A DNA stretch of 63,758 nucleotides, the filler included, from Octopus bimaculoides (lineage: Eukaryota), in assembly GCF_001194135.2 (NCBI RefSeq). It is 5 parts of 5 records of this genome, joined end to end, with 100 filler letters (N's around TTAATTAATTAA, not from the genome) between each part and the next. Parts side by side here need not be neighbours in the genome. Positions count along the whole stretch, not along the records: positions 1 to 24,124 come from NC_069005.1; positions 24,225 to 50,297 come from NC_068985.1; 3 more parts are not named here. One strand, 5' to 3'. Shown piece after piece: positions 12,570 through 24,265 of the stretch. A program made the translations under genes and the position numbers. Numbering within the stretch: the stretch's first letter is position 1; each line of letters opens with the position of its first letter. The notes under the pieces are model-generated. The model searched no databases. It was given only the letters and a program-made list of their open reading frames with translations, and was not told the origin of the DNA.

Positions 12570-13668
12570 NNNNNNNNNNNNNNNNNNNNNNNNNNNNNNN
12601 NNNNNNNNNNNNNNNNNNNNNNNNNNNNNNNNNNNNNNNNNNNNNNNNNNNNNNNNNNNNNNNNNNNNNNNNNNNNNNNNNNNNNNNNNNNNNNNNNNNN
12701 NNNNNNNNNNNNNNNNNNNNNNNNNNNNNNNNNNNNNNNNNNNNNNNNNNNNNNNNNNNNNNNNNNNNNNNNNNNNNNNNNNNNNNNNNNNNNNNNNNNN
12801 NNNNNNNNNNNNNNNNNNNNNNNNNNNNNNNNNNNNNNNNNNNNNNNNNNNNNNNNNNNNNNNNNNNNNNNNNNNNNNNNNNNNNNNNNNNNNNNNNNNN
12901 NNNNNNNNNNNNNNNNNNNNNNNNNNNNNNNNNNNNNNNNNNNNNNNNNNNNNNNNNNNNNNNNNNNNNNNNNNNNNNNNNNNNNNNNNNNNNNNNNNNN
13001 NNNNNNNNNNNNNNNNNNNNNNNNNNNNNNNNNNNNNNNNNNNNNNNNNNNNNNNNNNNNNNNNNNNNNNNNNNNNNNNNNNNNNNNNNNNNNNNNNNNN
13101 NNNNNNNNNNNNNNNNNNNNNNNNNNNNNNNNNTATATATATATATATATATATTATATAATATATAAGATACAAAAAAACAAAGGGTAGCAGGTCTGGT
13201 ATTACACGTCCAACAACTATTTCTAAGGGTCTGGGGTTACGTAATAATGTTGGCAGATGCAGTTCGCATAAAGTCAAGATTATGCAACCAGTGGTAGATG
13301 CATACAAGCATTAGGTAAATCCGGCCTCCGTCTTCATGATGGAGAGGTTGTTTTTCTGTGTCTTTTTACTCTGTGTAAATCTGCTCAATTTACGTATAAA
13401 TATCTACATATTTATACACGAATATTTATCGTCTGAATATCCTCAGTCTTTGTCTCCCTCTATTTATATGTATATGTGTATGTCTATATTATATATCTGG
13501 CCTAAGCGGTTTCATTTGTTTATTTGCATCATTCTCTCTCACTTTCTCGTTTTTTCTCTCTTCCTTTCTCCTTTTGGTGAAGAATTAGGGTCTCTCTGTG
13601 TCTGTCCTACGTGTACGTTTTGTAGTATTTAATGCATTTACATGTGTGTGTGTGTGTATATATATATT

Positions 13669-14001
13669 CTTTTACTCTTTTACTTGTTTCAGTCATTTTA
13701 CTGCGGCCATGCTGGAGCACCGCCTTTAGTCAAGCAAATCGACCCCAGGACTTATTCTTTGGAAGCCTAGTACTTATTTTATCGGTCTCTTTTGCCGAAC
13801 CGCTAAGTTATGGGGACGTAAACACACCAGCATCGGTTGTCAAGCGATACACATATACGACGGGCTTCTTTCAGTTTCCGTCTACCAAATCCACTCACAA
13901 GGCTTTGGTCGGCCCGAGGCTATAGTAGAAGACACTTGCCCAAGGTGTCATGTAGTGGGACTGAACCCAGAACCATGTGGTTGGTAAGCAAACTACTTAC
14001 C
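13669..14001 (-). mobile_element. tRNA-derived SINE, family B (CORE-like central block, internal microsatellite)
   Basis: Minus strand head ggttcagtccc...ccttgggcaagtgtcttctactatagcc...; tail ggtgctccagcatggccgcagt.aaatgactgaaacaagtaaaagag; truncated by a gap. Confidence 0.85.
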
Positions 14002-14880
14002 NNNNNNNNNNNNNNNNNNNNNNNNNNNNNNNNNNNNNNNNNNNNNNNNNNNNNNNNNNNNNNNNNNNNNNNNNNNNNNNNNNNNNNNNNNNNNNNNNNN
14101 NNNNNNNNNNNNNNNNNNNNNNNNNNNNNNNNNNNNNNNNNNNNNNNNNNNNNNNNNNNNNNNNNNNNNNNNNNNNNNNNNNNNNNNNNNNNNNNNNNNN
14201 NNNNNNNNNNNNNNNNNNNNNNNNNNNNNNNNNNNNNNNNNNNNNNNNNNNNNNNNNNNNNNNNNNNNNNNNNNNNNNNNNNNNNNNNNNNNNNNNNNNN
14301 NNNNNNNNNNNNNNNNNNNNNNNNNNNNNNNNNNNNNNNNNNNNNNNNNNNNNNNNNNNNNNNNNNNNNNNNNNNNNNNNNNNNNNNNNNNNNNNNNNNN
14401 NNNNNNNNNNNNNNNNNNNNNNNNNNNNNNNNNNNNNNNNNNNNNNNNNNNNNNNNNNNNNNNNNNNNNNNNNNNNNNNNNNNNNNNNNNNNNNNNNNNN
14501 NNNNNNNNNNNNNNNNNNNNNNNNNNNNNNNNNNNNNNNNNNNNNNNNNNNNNNNNNNNNNNNNNNNNNNNNNNNNNNNNNNNNNNNNNNNNNNNNNNNN
14601 NNNNNNNNNNNNNNNNNNNNNNNNNNNNNNNNNNNNNNNNNNNNNNNNNNNNNNNNNNNNNNNNNNNNNNNNNNNNNNNNNNNNNNNNNNNNNNNNNNNN
14701 NNNNNNNNNNNNNNNNNNNNNNNNNNNNNNNNNNNNNNNNNNNNNNNNNNNNNNNNNNNNNNNNNNNNNNNNNNNNNNNNNNNNNNNNNNNNNNNNNNNN
14801 NNNNNNNNNNNNNNNNNNNNNNNNNNNNNNNNNNNNNNNNNNNNNNNNNNNNNNNNNNNNNNNNNNNNNNNNNNNNNNNN

Positions 14881-15102
14881 ATATATATATATATATACAT
14901 ATATATACATATATACATACATGCATACATACATACATACATACATACATACACACATACACACACATATATATGAAAAATAGAGAGATAAATAAATAGA
15001 TATGTATATGTATGCATGCACACACATATAAATACATGTGTGTGTATGTGTGTGTATGTGTGTGTATGTGTGTGTGTTTGTGTGTGTGTGTGTATGTGTG
15101 TG

Positions 15103-15137
<35 letters not shown>

Positions 15138-15223
15138 ATGTGTGTGTATGTGTGTTTGTGTGTGTGTGTGTGTATGTGTGTGTATGTGTGTGTGTGTTTG
15201 TGTGTGTGTCTCTGTGTGTGTGT

Positions 15224-15258
<35 letters not shown>
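14881..15258. repeat. Compound (TA)/(TACA)/(TG) microsatellite, representative of dozens in the window
   Basis: Direct inspection; other large tracts at 27060-27185 (GAGACA-type), 31786-31854 (ATT), 35337-35400 (AAT), 43527-43820 (GAA/CTA/TAA), 44455-44550 (GA), 46518-46617 (TG). Confidence 0.95.
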
Positions 15259-15259
<1 letters not shown>

Positions 15260-15260
<1 letters not shown>

Positions 15261-15500
15261 GGCACATAGCTTAGTCATTAGGGTGTTGCACTCATGATCG
15301 CAAGGTCATGATTTCGATTGCTAGACAGGTTGATGCGTTGTGTTTTGGGGCAAAGCACTTCATCTCAGGTTGATCTGCGTTCACTTCGACACCTGACGCG
15401 TGGTATACAGTTGACCTGTTCAGAGAACGTCGATTTGATGGTGAGAGTGAGCTAATGTACAGCATGGACATTTGATCACTATAAACAAATCAGTTGTTCA
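15260..15500 (+). mobile_element. SINE family C, diverged
   Basis: gcttagtcattagggtgttgcactcatgatcgcaagg...gcgttgtgttttggggcaaagcacttcatctc...atttgatcactataaacaaatca. Confidence 0.65.
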
Positions 15501-16819
15501 GGTCTTCGATAGGTATCCATCATATATATAACATAACTAGTTCGAGAACTCTTTGGTTCCACCTTGTATATANNNNNNNNNNNNNNNNNNNNNNNNNNNN
15601 NNNNNNNNNNNNNNNNNNNNNNNNNNNNNNNNNNNNNNNNNNNNNNNNNNNNNNNNNNNNNNNNNNNNNNNNNNNNNNNNNNNNNNNNNNNNNNNNNNNN
15701 NNNNNNNNNNNNNNNNNNNNNNNNNNNNNNNNNNNNNNNNNNNNNNNNNNNNNNNNNNNNNNNNNNNNNNNNNNNNNNNNNNNNNNNNNNNNNNNNNNNN
15801 NNNNNNNNNNNNNNNNNNNNNNNNNNNNNNNNNNNNNNNNNNNNNNNNNNNNNNNNNNNNNNNNNNNNNNNNNNNNNNNNNNNNNNNNNNNNNNNNNNNN
15901 NNNNNNNNNNNNNNNNNNNNNNNNNNNNNNNNNNNNNNNNNNNNNNNNNNNNNNNNNNNNNNNNNNNNNNNNNNNNNNNNNNNNNNNNNNNNNNNNNNNN
16001 NNNNNNNNNNNNNNNNNNNNNNNNNNNNNNNNNNNNNNNNNNNNNNNNNNNNNNNNNNNNNNNNNNNNNNNNNNNNNNNNNNNNNNNNNNNNNNNNNNNN
16101 NNNNNNNNNNNNNNNNNNNNNNNNNNNNNNNNNNNNNNNNNNNNNNNNNNNNNNNNNNNNNNNNNNNNNNNNNNNNNNNNNNNNNNNNNNNNNNNNNNNN
16201 NNNNNNNNNNNNNNNNNNNNNNNNNNNNNNNNNNNNNNNNNNNNNNNNNNNNNNNNNNNNNNNNNNNNNNNNNNNNNNNNNNNNNNNNNNNNNNNNNNNN
16301 NNNNNNNNNNNNNNNNNNNNNNNNNNNNNNNNNNNNNNNNNNNNNNNNNNNNNNNNNNNNNNNNNNNNNNNNNNNNNNNATATATATATATATATATATA
16401 CATATATATACATACGTACGTACTTACGTATGTATGTATGTATGTATGTATGCATGTCGGTGTTGTTAATCGTAGATCAGCCTATCTTTCCTCTTTCATG
16501 TTGGAAAGGTCAGCGTTTATCACTGCCGCTGACCTCCATCCCAATCAGGACATTTTGTGTTAAGTCTTAACTCTGGAATGCAATAGAATGAAGTGACACA
16601 AGAAATTCCTCCGAATTACGTCACATGTCTGGCTTCAAAGACATCTTGACTTCCTGAAGATTGTCTTGCCACAATGAATAGCTGAGAAACTAATCAATCA
16701 TGTTGACATTTCTGAAAGTTTCTCCAATTCTGTGTAATACGCGCTTATGTGTGTGTATGTGTGTTTATACATTTACATACACACACAATCACACACACAA
16801 GTCTACATACATACATACA

Positions 16820-16851
<32 letters not shown>

Positions 16852-16921
16852 CTCAGTATAAAGAAATAAGATTAAATTTCCAACAAGTAGATACCAGTAA
16901 ATGTATGTAGAATACAAATCC

Positions 16922-16974
16922 CAGGTAAATCCTCACGTATGACAGGTAAATCCTCACGTATGACAGGTAAATCC
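16922..16974 (+). repeat. 21-bp tandem repeat, 2.5 copies
   Basis: (caggtaaatcctcacgtatga)x2 + caggtaaatcc. Confidence 0.95.
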
Positions 16975-17279
16975 AATAACTCTTATGCAGAATTTTAAGA
17001 AAATCAGAGTATTAACAACAATCAATGATATGTACAAAGAAAATATCGTTACTTTAGATCACACCTTAAAAATCCAACAATTGTTTCAATTGCATTAAAA
17101 TATACAAACACACACATATATATATATATTCATACACACACACGCATACATACACACACGCACGCACACACACACACACGCATACACACACACACACATG
17201 CGTAATATCAAAATTAATATGCACTAAAATTTATGTCAACACAACATTATCAAGGTAATCTAAATTAGTGTTTAAAGAA

Positions 17280-17625
17280 GAATATAATATATAAGTGTTG
17301 GTATATTGATTCTTCTGCTACTAGCTGGGAATCTAGATTTTATAATCATTCTAATTCCTTTTAAATACAGAAGAAAATGTAATTCTACTAATCTTAGTAA
17401 ATACATTTGGAATTTAAAGGATAAGAATATTAAATATGACTTAAAGCAGTCCATTATTACTTATGCACCATCGTATAATACTGGTAATTCTATTTGTGAT
17501 CTTTTCCTCGAAGAATTATATTTGATAATTATTTTAAAATTAATTTTATTAAATTTTAATGGGCACTTAACTTTAAGATGATGCCATAAATTCAGAAAGA
17601 CATTCAAATATTTCAATTATTAATT
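17280..17625 (+). mobile_element. Penelope-like GIY-YIG endonuclease remnant
   Basis: NIIYKC-WYIDSSATSWESRFYNHSNSF, then STNLSKYIWNLKDKNIKYDLKQSIITYAPSYNTGNSICDLFLEELYLI...LLN, typical of the PLE endonuclease C-terminus; frameshifted. Confidence 0.82.
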
Positions 17626-19348
17626 ATAACAATATTTTAATTAATTGTTATATAATAAGGTTAATTTCTATTAAAGTGCTTAATATAACGAGTAATTAGT
17701 TATAGCGATGTAAAGTATCCGAGCTTGGATTAAGTATAACGTAAAATTCTTATCTATAATTTTTATTCTTTAATTATCCACCGAGAGCATCAAGAACTGT
17801 ATATATTATTAATCATAGTAAGTTTTCAATTATTATATAATAATCTTAATTCATATAAAAGGGTAAAATACAAATAAACAGGTATTTAATTATCTTATCC
17901 GTTATTTTTACTTTTTAGTTATCTAGCGTTGTCATCAATAATTGTATATATTATTATTGATTATAATAATTTTTAATCATTATATAATAAGGTTGATTCC
18001 TGTGTAAGAGTTTATCATAATGAATAAATAGATATTTGGTTGCCTTTTTTGTAATTTTTATTTTTAAATTATCCAGTGAGATCCTCGGTGGTTGTAAATG
18101 TTGAATATAATAATTCTTCAGTTATTATAAAATAAGGCTAATTCCTATAGAAGGTTAATTCCTATTGAATAAATAAATAATTAATTATTGCGATGTAAAG
18201 TATATATTTTTATTGAGCATTACGTGGAATTATCATCTGTACTTTTTATTCTTTAATTATCTATTAAGCATAACGTAGAATTCTTGTCTGCAGATTTTGT
18301 TCTTTAGATATCCAATGACGTCATCAATTTTAGTAGATAAATATACTCGTTTTCTATGTTAGGTTTTTTAATGTAGATTTCAAATTGTCAAAAAATTTGG
18401 AATTAGTATGATACTTTTTATATTTTATTTTTATAAACTAAATTAGTTATTCAATGACGTCGCTCTTAGTTGAATGAATGAATGAATGTCTAAAGTTAAA
18501 TTTGGTTTGGCGTTTCTTTTTGTTAGCGTTTTTTAAAAGGTAAAATTTTTTCAGATATTCACTAACTATTTCACCAATTTGGATTACTTTCATAACATGT
18601 TACGTTGACATAAATTTTCGTACATATTATTAATTTTAATAATATCATGTATATGTGTATGAGTGTGTGTGTGTGTGTATGAATATATNNNNNNNNNNNN
18701 NNNNNNNNNNNNTATAATGCAAGAGAGTTAGGGGTTGAGGATTCAACCCACTAAGGGATGGTATCTATCCAATATATTGCTGGGAGGGTACCCAATTATT
18801 GTTACACTAGTGTTATACCAAGTGTAATAAGTGGGTGCGGGTAAAAGGGGGGTTATTTTACCCTAAATTTATATAGCAATAAGAAAATGGAGGAGAATAT
18901 GCGGTATCCATCGACTTGCAGACAGTGTATTCCATTGAATTTATTTATTTATTTTGTAACTAAAATGACAAAAACCACAATATACAGATGCTTATGACAT
19001 ACCATGTCATATTAACAATTAAGGTTACAAATATAAAGTACATTTAGCAATTGGAGAATATACAGAAACTTACAGAGGTTTCTGCCTAGCTTTGGCATGC
19101 CCATTCTATCCCTATAGCTCCTGCGTGCCGGAGTAATTAGCATAAACTCCAGTCACTCCTTATGTCCCACCCGATGTCACTACACCCACCCTCTACCACT
19201 CTCTCTCCACGATCCATTCCCCCTCATCCTCACCCACACCCTTCTAGTACTCCAACTCCCTATGTATTTACTTCTTCTCTCTCTCCTCCCAGCCTTCCAC
19301 TTCCTCTACCACCCCTCCTACATCTAACTCATCCACCCCTCTCCATTT

Positions 19349-19630
19349 CAGTCTATTGTTACCATTCCTCCTGATCTTCCCCTCTCTGACGCGGAGCGCT
19401 CTCTTCTCAGTAAGGGTCTGCGCTTCATCCCCCTCACTCCATCCAATAATGGATTTCAGACCCGTGCTGATATTCATAGTTTTGTGTGCTGCGTCAGGCT
19501 ATATGCACTATTCCACAACACTCCACCTGCATCTAATGAAGACGACTGCTTCACCGATCAGGGCCGCCGACCATTCCACTGGACGCCAGCTCCCGGCCAG
19601 TTCCAAGCAGTTGATTATTTTGCAAGTTGA
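19349..19630 (+). mobile_element. Penelope-like element N-terminal (pre-RT) region, truncated
   Basis: Open frame QSIVTIPPDLPLSDAERSLLSKGLRFIPLTP...RADIHSFVCCVRLYALF...HWTPAPGQFQAVDYFAS with the PLE LSKGLxFxP motif; ends at a short direct duplication gttgattattttgcaa/gttgatcattttgcaa. Confidence 0.78.
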
Positions 19631-19779
19631 TCATTTTGCAAAGTGATTCCTCAGATGAAAAGATAAAAAAATATTTTCAAAGAACACCCAAGAAAGATAT
19701 ACCTCATAATTGGTGAGCCAATTCCTATAACTGACAGAAGTGGAGAAACTGTTCAAATCTATAGACTTGGAGGATATCA

Positions 19780-20600
19780 TTGCCCTATATTCCTCCGGGA
19801 TCGATAAAATAATATACCAATCATGTACTGGGATCGAAGCTATCGGCTAACTCAAAATTGCTGCCCTTGTGGCCAAGATTAGAAATCCTGGATCGTTTCT
19901 GTTTGGCTGCCACTTTTCAATTTCTTCAACTTTTGCTCCAATTGATTTCATATTTGGTGTATTTGCGTAGTTTTGTAAAATAACCGTTGGCATGAAATTC
20001 ATTTTTGCCATAAATTGATAAATAAAGTATTAATAGCTTTTAAAGTTTGCAAATTTAGGGTAATTGTAGCCAATCGAAAGCCACAGACATATAGGTGCCT
20101 GTTTCCATAGTAACAAACCAAGCTGTTACCAAGCTGGTTGCCCATGTGTTCTTTTTATCGCTTATTAAATGCTTGAAACGCATGAGGTATGAGATGTGCT
20201 AAACATAACAGCCAAATAGACCTTAAATTATACGCGAAATTGTTTTTTTGCATAATCGTATGATTTTCCCGTGTGTAGAAAACAAATTCGCAAAAAATTT
20301 TTGAAAATTCCAAAAAATAAGAATCGTATGAGTGGTTATATGGCGTGCGTAAATCAGAATTCCACCAATATTTCATTTGTTTACAGTTGACAACATGTGC
20401 TGTCACGCACAAAATGACAGCTTCCAAATCCTGTTTTCTGATTGGATAAAAATTATGAAACTTTAAACCTTTGTAATTTTTTTCTGGAAAAAGTGAATTC
20501 ACCGCTGAAATTCAAGCGTAGAAATTACATCAATACACCAAATTTTATAATTTTCAACAAACTTTAAAATTTCTACGGGTGCAGCCAAAGAGAAAGGATC
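19780..20600. repeat. Dispersed repeat, probably DNA-transposon-derived; related pieces at ~10960-11160 (opposite strand) and ~51225-51290
   Basis: aaatttagggtaattgtagccaatc (20051-20075) is the reverse complement of gattggctaaaattacccaaattt (11025-11048) apart from a substitution and a 1-nt indel; tattcctc(c)gggatcgat...ctggatcgtttct recurs at 51228-51277. Confidence 0.5.
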
Positions 20601-20632
20601 CGAAATCCTTATTAGATATTATTCCTGCAATG

Positions 20633-21050
20633 TGGTGAGCTGGCACAATTGTTAGCACGCCGGGCAAAATGCTTCTTCATGTTCTGCGGTCAAATTCCGC
20701 TGAGGTCGACTTTTTCTTTCATCTTTTCGGGGTCGCCAAAATAACTGTCAGTTGAACACTGGGGTCGACGTAATCGACTTACCCTCCCCCAAAATTGCTG
20801 GCCTTGTACCAAAATTTAAAACCAATATTATTATTATTAATAATAAGGCGAGATGGCAGAATCGTTAGCACGCTGGGCAAAATGCTTTGCGGCATTTCGT
20901 CTGCTTTTACGCTCTTAGTTCAAATGTCGTTGCAATCGATTTTGCCCTTCATCTTTTCGATAATATATGTATCAGTTGAACACTGGGGTCGATGTAATTG
21001 ACTTACCCTTGCCCCGAAATTTCAGGTCTTGTACCATTAATAGAAACGAT
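20633..21050 (+). mobile_element. Two tandem SINE family A copies
   Basis: Copies at ~20633-20825 and ~20845-21050 separated by an (ATT)n tail. Confidence 0.8.
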
Positions 21051-21204
21051 TGATATTTCTATAATCGTTATTGTTTGTTGTAGCTATTTTTATGATAATG
21101 TTTATTACTGAGATTTTTTAAAGAAAAGAGAGAGAATAGTACACACCAAAATATTTCCTTCTGTTTGTTGCCACCAATCTTCAACAACAAAAATGTCCAG
21201 TCTA

Positions 21205-21470
21205 TCACCACAAAAACGAAATTAAAAGGATGGTAGAAACGATGAAAGTTCTTTTGTTTATTGTTATCATAGGTGTATTTGATGTTGAACAGTGATTCTT
21301 GTTTGAACCAATGCACGATGAGTAAGCCAAGGCAATTGGCACAAACACTTGCTCCCTTACACCGTGAAATATATGAGACATAGGACCACGAACAAAAATC
21401 GCAATTTCCTCAGCTCCATGCGTTTCACGGGAGAGAGGAACTGTAGCTTGTTGTCGATAAGATTTATCAG
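21205..21470 (-). CDS. ALPL-like: Alkaline phosphatase terminal coding exon, copy B (not in the ORF track because it has no Met start)
   Basis: Translation (x)DKSYRQQATVPLSRETHGAEEIAIFVRGPMSHIFHGVREQVFVPIALAYSSCIGSNKNHCSTSNTPMITINKRTFIVSTILLISFLW*. Acceptor atttttgtcttttcttag|CT, phase 1. AATAAA on - at 21101-21106, about 100 nt after the stop. Hydrophobic GPI-type tail. Confidence 0.92.
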
Positions 21471-21880
21471 CTAAGAAAAGACAAAAATATGATAAATAAA
21501 TAAGTAGAAATGTATAACGAAAAGGAAATCCGAAGGAAGAAAAAGAAAAAAGAAGGGAAATTATCGAAATATGTCTTTATGTTGCTTTCTTTTGAATTGT
21601 CATTGTCAGAAAACATTTCCACATTTTAATTTTCTTATTTTTCAAACACATAATGCAATGTGAAGAAGAACATAGGTGTGGTCAGTTATAGCGTTGTCAC
21701 GGTTAAATCCAAAAACGGGGGTAAAGTGAGATGGCAGGTAAGTTAATAAAATAATGAAGTTAATTAGTTAAATTAGATTGGTGTTTAGTTAGTAGTCATG
21801 CAGATTAGTAGTTGAGTAGAATGAACACATTGCTAGCGAGGTACCAAAAAAGCTAAATCTCAAGAGCAGGTGTGTGTGTG

Positions 21881-21929
<49 letters not shown>

Positions 21930-21995
21930 NNNNNNNNNNNNNNNNNNNNNNNNNNNNNNNNNNNNNNNNNNNNNNNNNNNNNNNNNNNNNNNNNN

Positions 21996-22038
<43 letters not shown>

Positions 22039-22599
22039 CTTCCCGCTGATCAAGGATAAAAAATGTTCCGGCCATGCCTACCAAGACTTTCTTTCAGATG
22101 TAGTGTATCTTGGACAACATCATATAACGTGTCTTTCATTTTTTAAGATTGTAGAGTTTAGATATGAAAGTGGTTTGACTGCTATCTCTAGCAGCCCGGT
22201 TGTTTTTCCTGTAATAGCTTCAGATAACAGCTAATGAACGGTGGCACGTACGTTGATTACTGACTGGAAATCGGATAACTCCATACCCGTGGCTTGCTGG
22301 CAAACACTGAGTACTGTATCTGAGTGGTTCATATTTGAAAATATACTAAATATATTCCTCTATTTCAGTGGTACAGAAGCTTATTTCTTTTGTTGTTAAA
22401 TCTCTACAACAACACAATATCTCCCAATGCATTTGTACGCGCAAAAACACTCGCAGCACACACTTACACATACATACAAACACACACCAAGGCATACGGA
22501 CATAATTGCTCACGTCACGGAAAGAGTTAAGTTAACCAGATTGGTGTCACAGAACAAGGGTACAGGAGGAGGGATCTGTATGAGCACCCCCTACTTACA

Positions 22600-23460
22600 A
22601 AGGGGATAGAAGATGCTCTGCGGTCAGTTTGTGTGAAGCTTGAGGGATTCGGTTGATAAAAGAGGTTATAAATCAAATTATAAAAATAAATAAAATGATA
22701 ATAATAATAATGATACAATCTATAAAAAGAAGTAATAAGCATAATATTAACTATAAAAACAATAATATAAGTACAAATATTAATAATACAAATATGAATA
22801 CTAATAATTATAATAACAACAACAAACATAAAAGAGAAAACAATAAAAATATAAAGATAGCTAAGGAAAACAAAGACAAAGTGGATAGTAACGAAAATAG
22901 TAAACAACCTAACGTAAATAATTTTAAATTAATGGCAGACTCTAAACAGAAAATAAATATAATGAGGATAACTCTGAAAGCATAGAATACAAGCACAGCT
23001 CTATTAGTAAGGAAACAGAGAAAGCTTCTAAAAATAAAACTTTCGATTGCGCCAAAGGAAAATGATGTCCATTAAATTCTTTCTGTAGGGAAAATGGTGT
23101 AATATATGGGTGTAAGTTAGTATCTGAGGGACAGGATTACTACTATATAGGTTCAACGGAAAATTATATAAAAAGAATAACTAATCATAAAAACACTTTT
23201 AGGGATAGGAAAAAAGAGGTTAGCACTAATCTTAGTAAACTAATTTGGACGATTAAAGATAAAAATAAGGACTATATGCTTAAGTGGGAAATAACGAGCC
23301 GAGCAAAATCTTATAGCATTGGAAGCAAAAGATGTGAATTTTGCGTCGAGGAAATTTACCAGATTTTTTACATCAAAACACAAATTAATCAACAAGAGGG
23401 AAAGAGGACCCTGTTGTGTTCATAAAGTTATATACACATTCAATAAATTTAAATAGATAT
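22600..23460 (+). mobile_element. Penelope-like element 3' part with Asn-rich insert and complete GIY-YIG domain
   Basis: 23066-23425 is open: CPLNSFCRENGVIYGCKLVSEGQDYYYIGSTENYIKRITNHKNTFRDRKKEVSTNLSKLIWTIKDKNKDYMLKWEITSRAKSYSIGSKRCEFCVEEIYQI. It is preceded by the Asn-rich ORF 22653-22985. Confidence 0.85.
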
Positions 23461-24079
23461 CATTAAATAAGCACTGTGTAAATAATACATAATAATACTT
23501 AAGAATAGTTCATAAAGTTAAATATATTTTCAATAAATTAAATAGATTTGGTTAAAATAAACACCGTGTATATAACACCCATGAATTGCGCATCTTTACT
23601 ATAAATTAAATAGACAACTATATATGAACCCAAACTATCAACTAATATATCTGAATAAATAATTATATTTAACGGTAACTAATATAAATTTTCCAAAAAG
23701 AAAAGTAAATAATAGTGTCGATATAAAATAGATAAATAAAAGTAACAGTTGGGTACATACTTAGATTTATTTTATCAATAATAAGAGCATAGAGGAATAT
23801 GTTATGGATATGCTGGCTTAAGTTTGGCCAAAAGGGAGGAATAAGGACAAAGAGAAATGTGTTATGGACATACTGAACAGAGTGAAAGGTAGTGGCTAGC
23901 TTGTAAACGGTTAATCGCCACTACCATAAGAGTGAATAGCAACATGACCTACTTCTTCTGAACTATGTCCACACATACACACATATATATACAGATATAT
24001 ATATACAGATATATATATACAAATATATATATATAAATGTATATATATATGTATATATATATGTATATATATATATATG

Positions 24080-24124
<45 letters not shown>

Positions 24125-24168
24125 NNNNNNNNNNNNNNNNNNNNNNNNNNNNNNNNNNNNNNNNNNNN

Positions 24169-24180
24169 TTAATTAATTAA
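24169..24180. other. Artificial scaffold spacer TTAATTAATTAA inside N gaps (also 50342-50353, 60399-60410, 62512-62523)
   Basis: The identical 12-mer is flanked by N runs at four gaps; it is palindromic with stops in all six frames. Confidence 0.9.
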
Positions 24181-24224
24181 NNNNNNNNNNNNNNNNNNNN
24201 NNNNNNNNNNNNNNNNNNNNNNNN

Positions 24225-24256
<32 letters not shown>

Positions 24257-24265
24257 GTATGCATA

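Noticed and set aside
6726-16570. Long ORFs spanning N gaps and (TA)/(CA)/(TACA) tracts (also 31709-33323, 58740-59126 and others)
   Set aside because: They are open only because of Ns and dinucleotide or tetranucleotide repeats; no protein signal.
16560-16700. LWNA...FK/RHLDFL as a CR1 RT end
   Set aside because: Requires frameshifts; too short to support.
21241-21294. Signal-peptide-like MKVLLFIVIIG on +
   Set aside because: It is the antisense reading of the ALP exon B tail region and stops after 17 codons.
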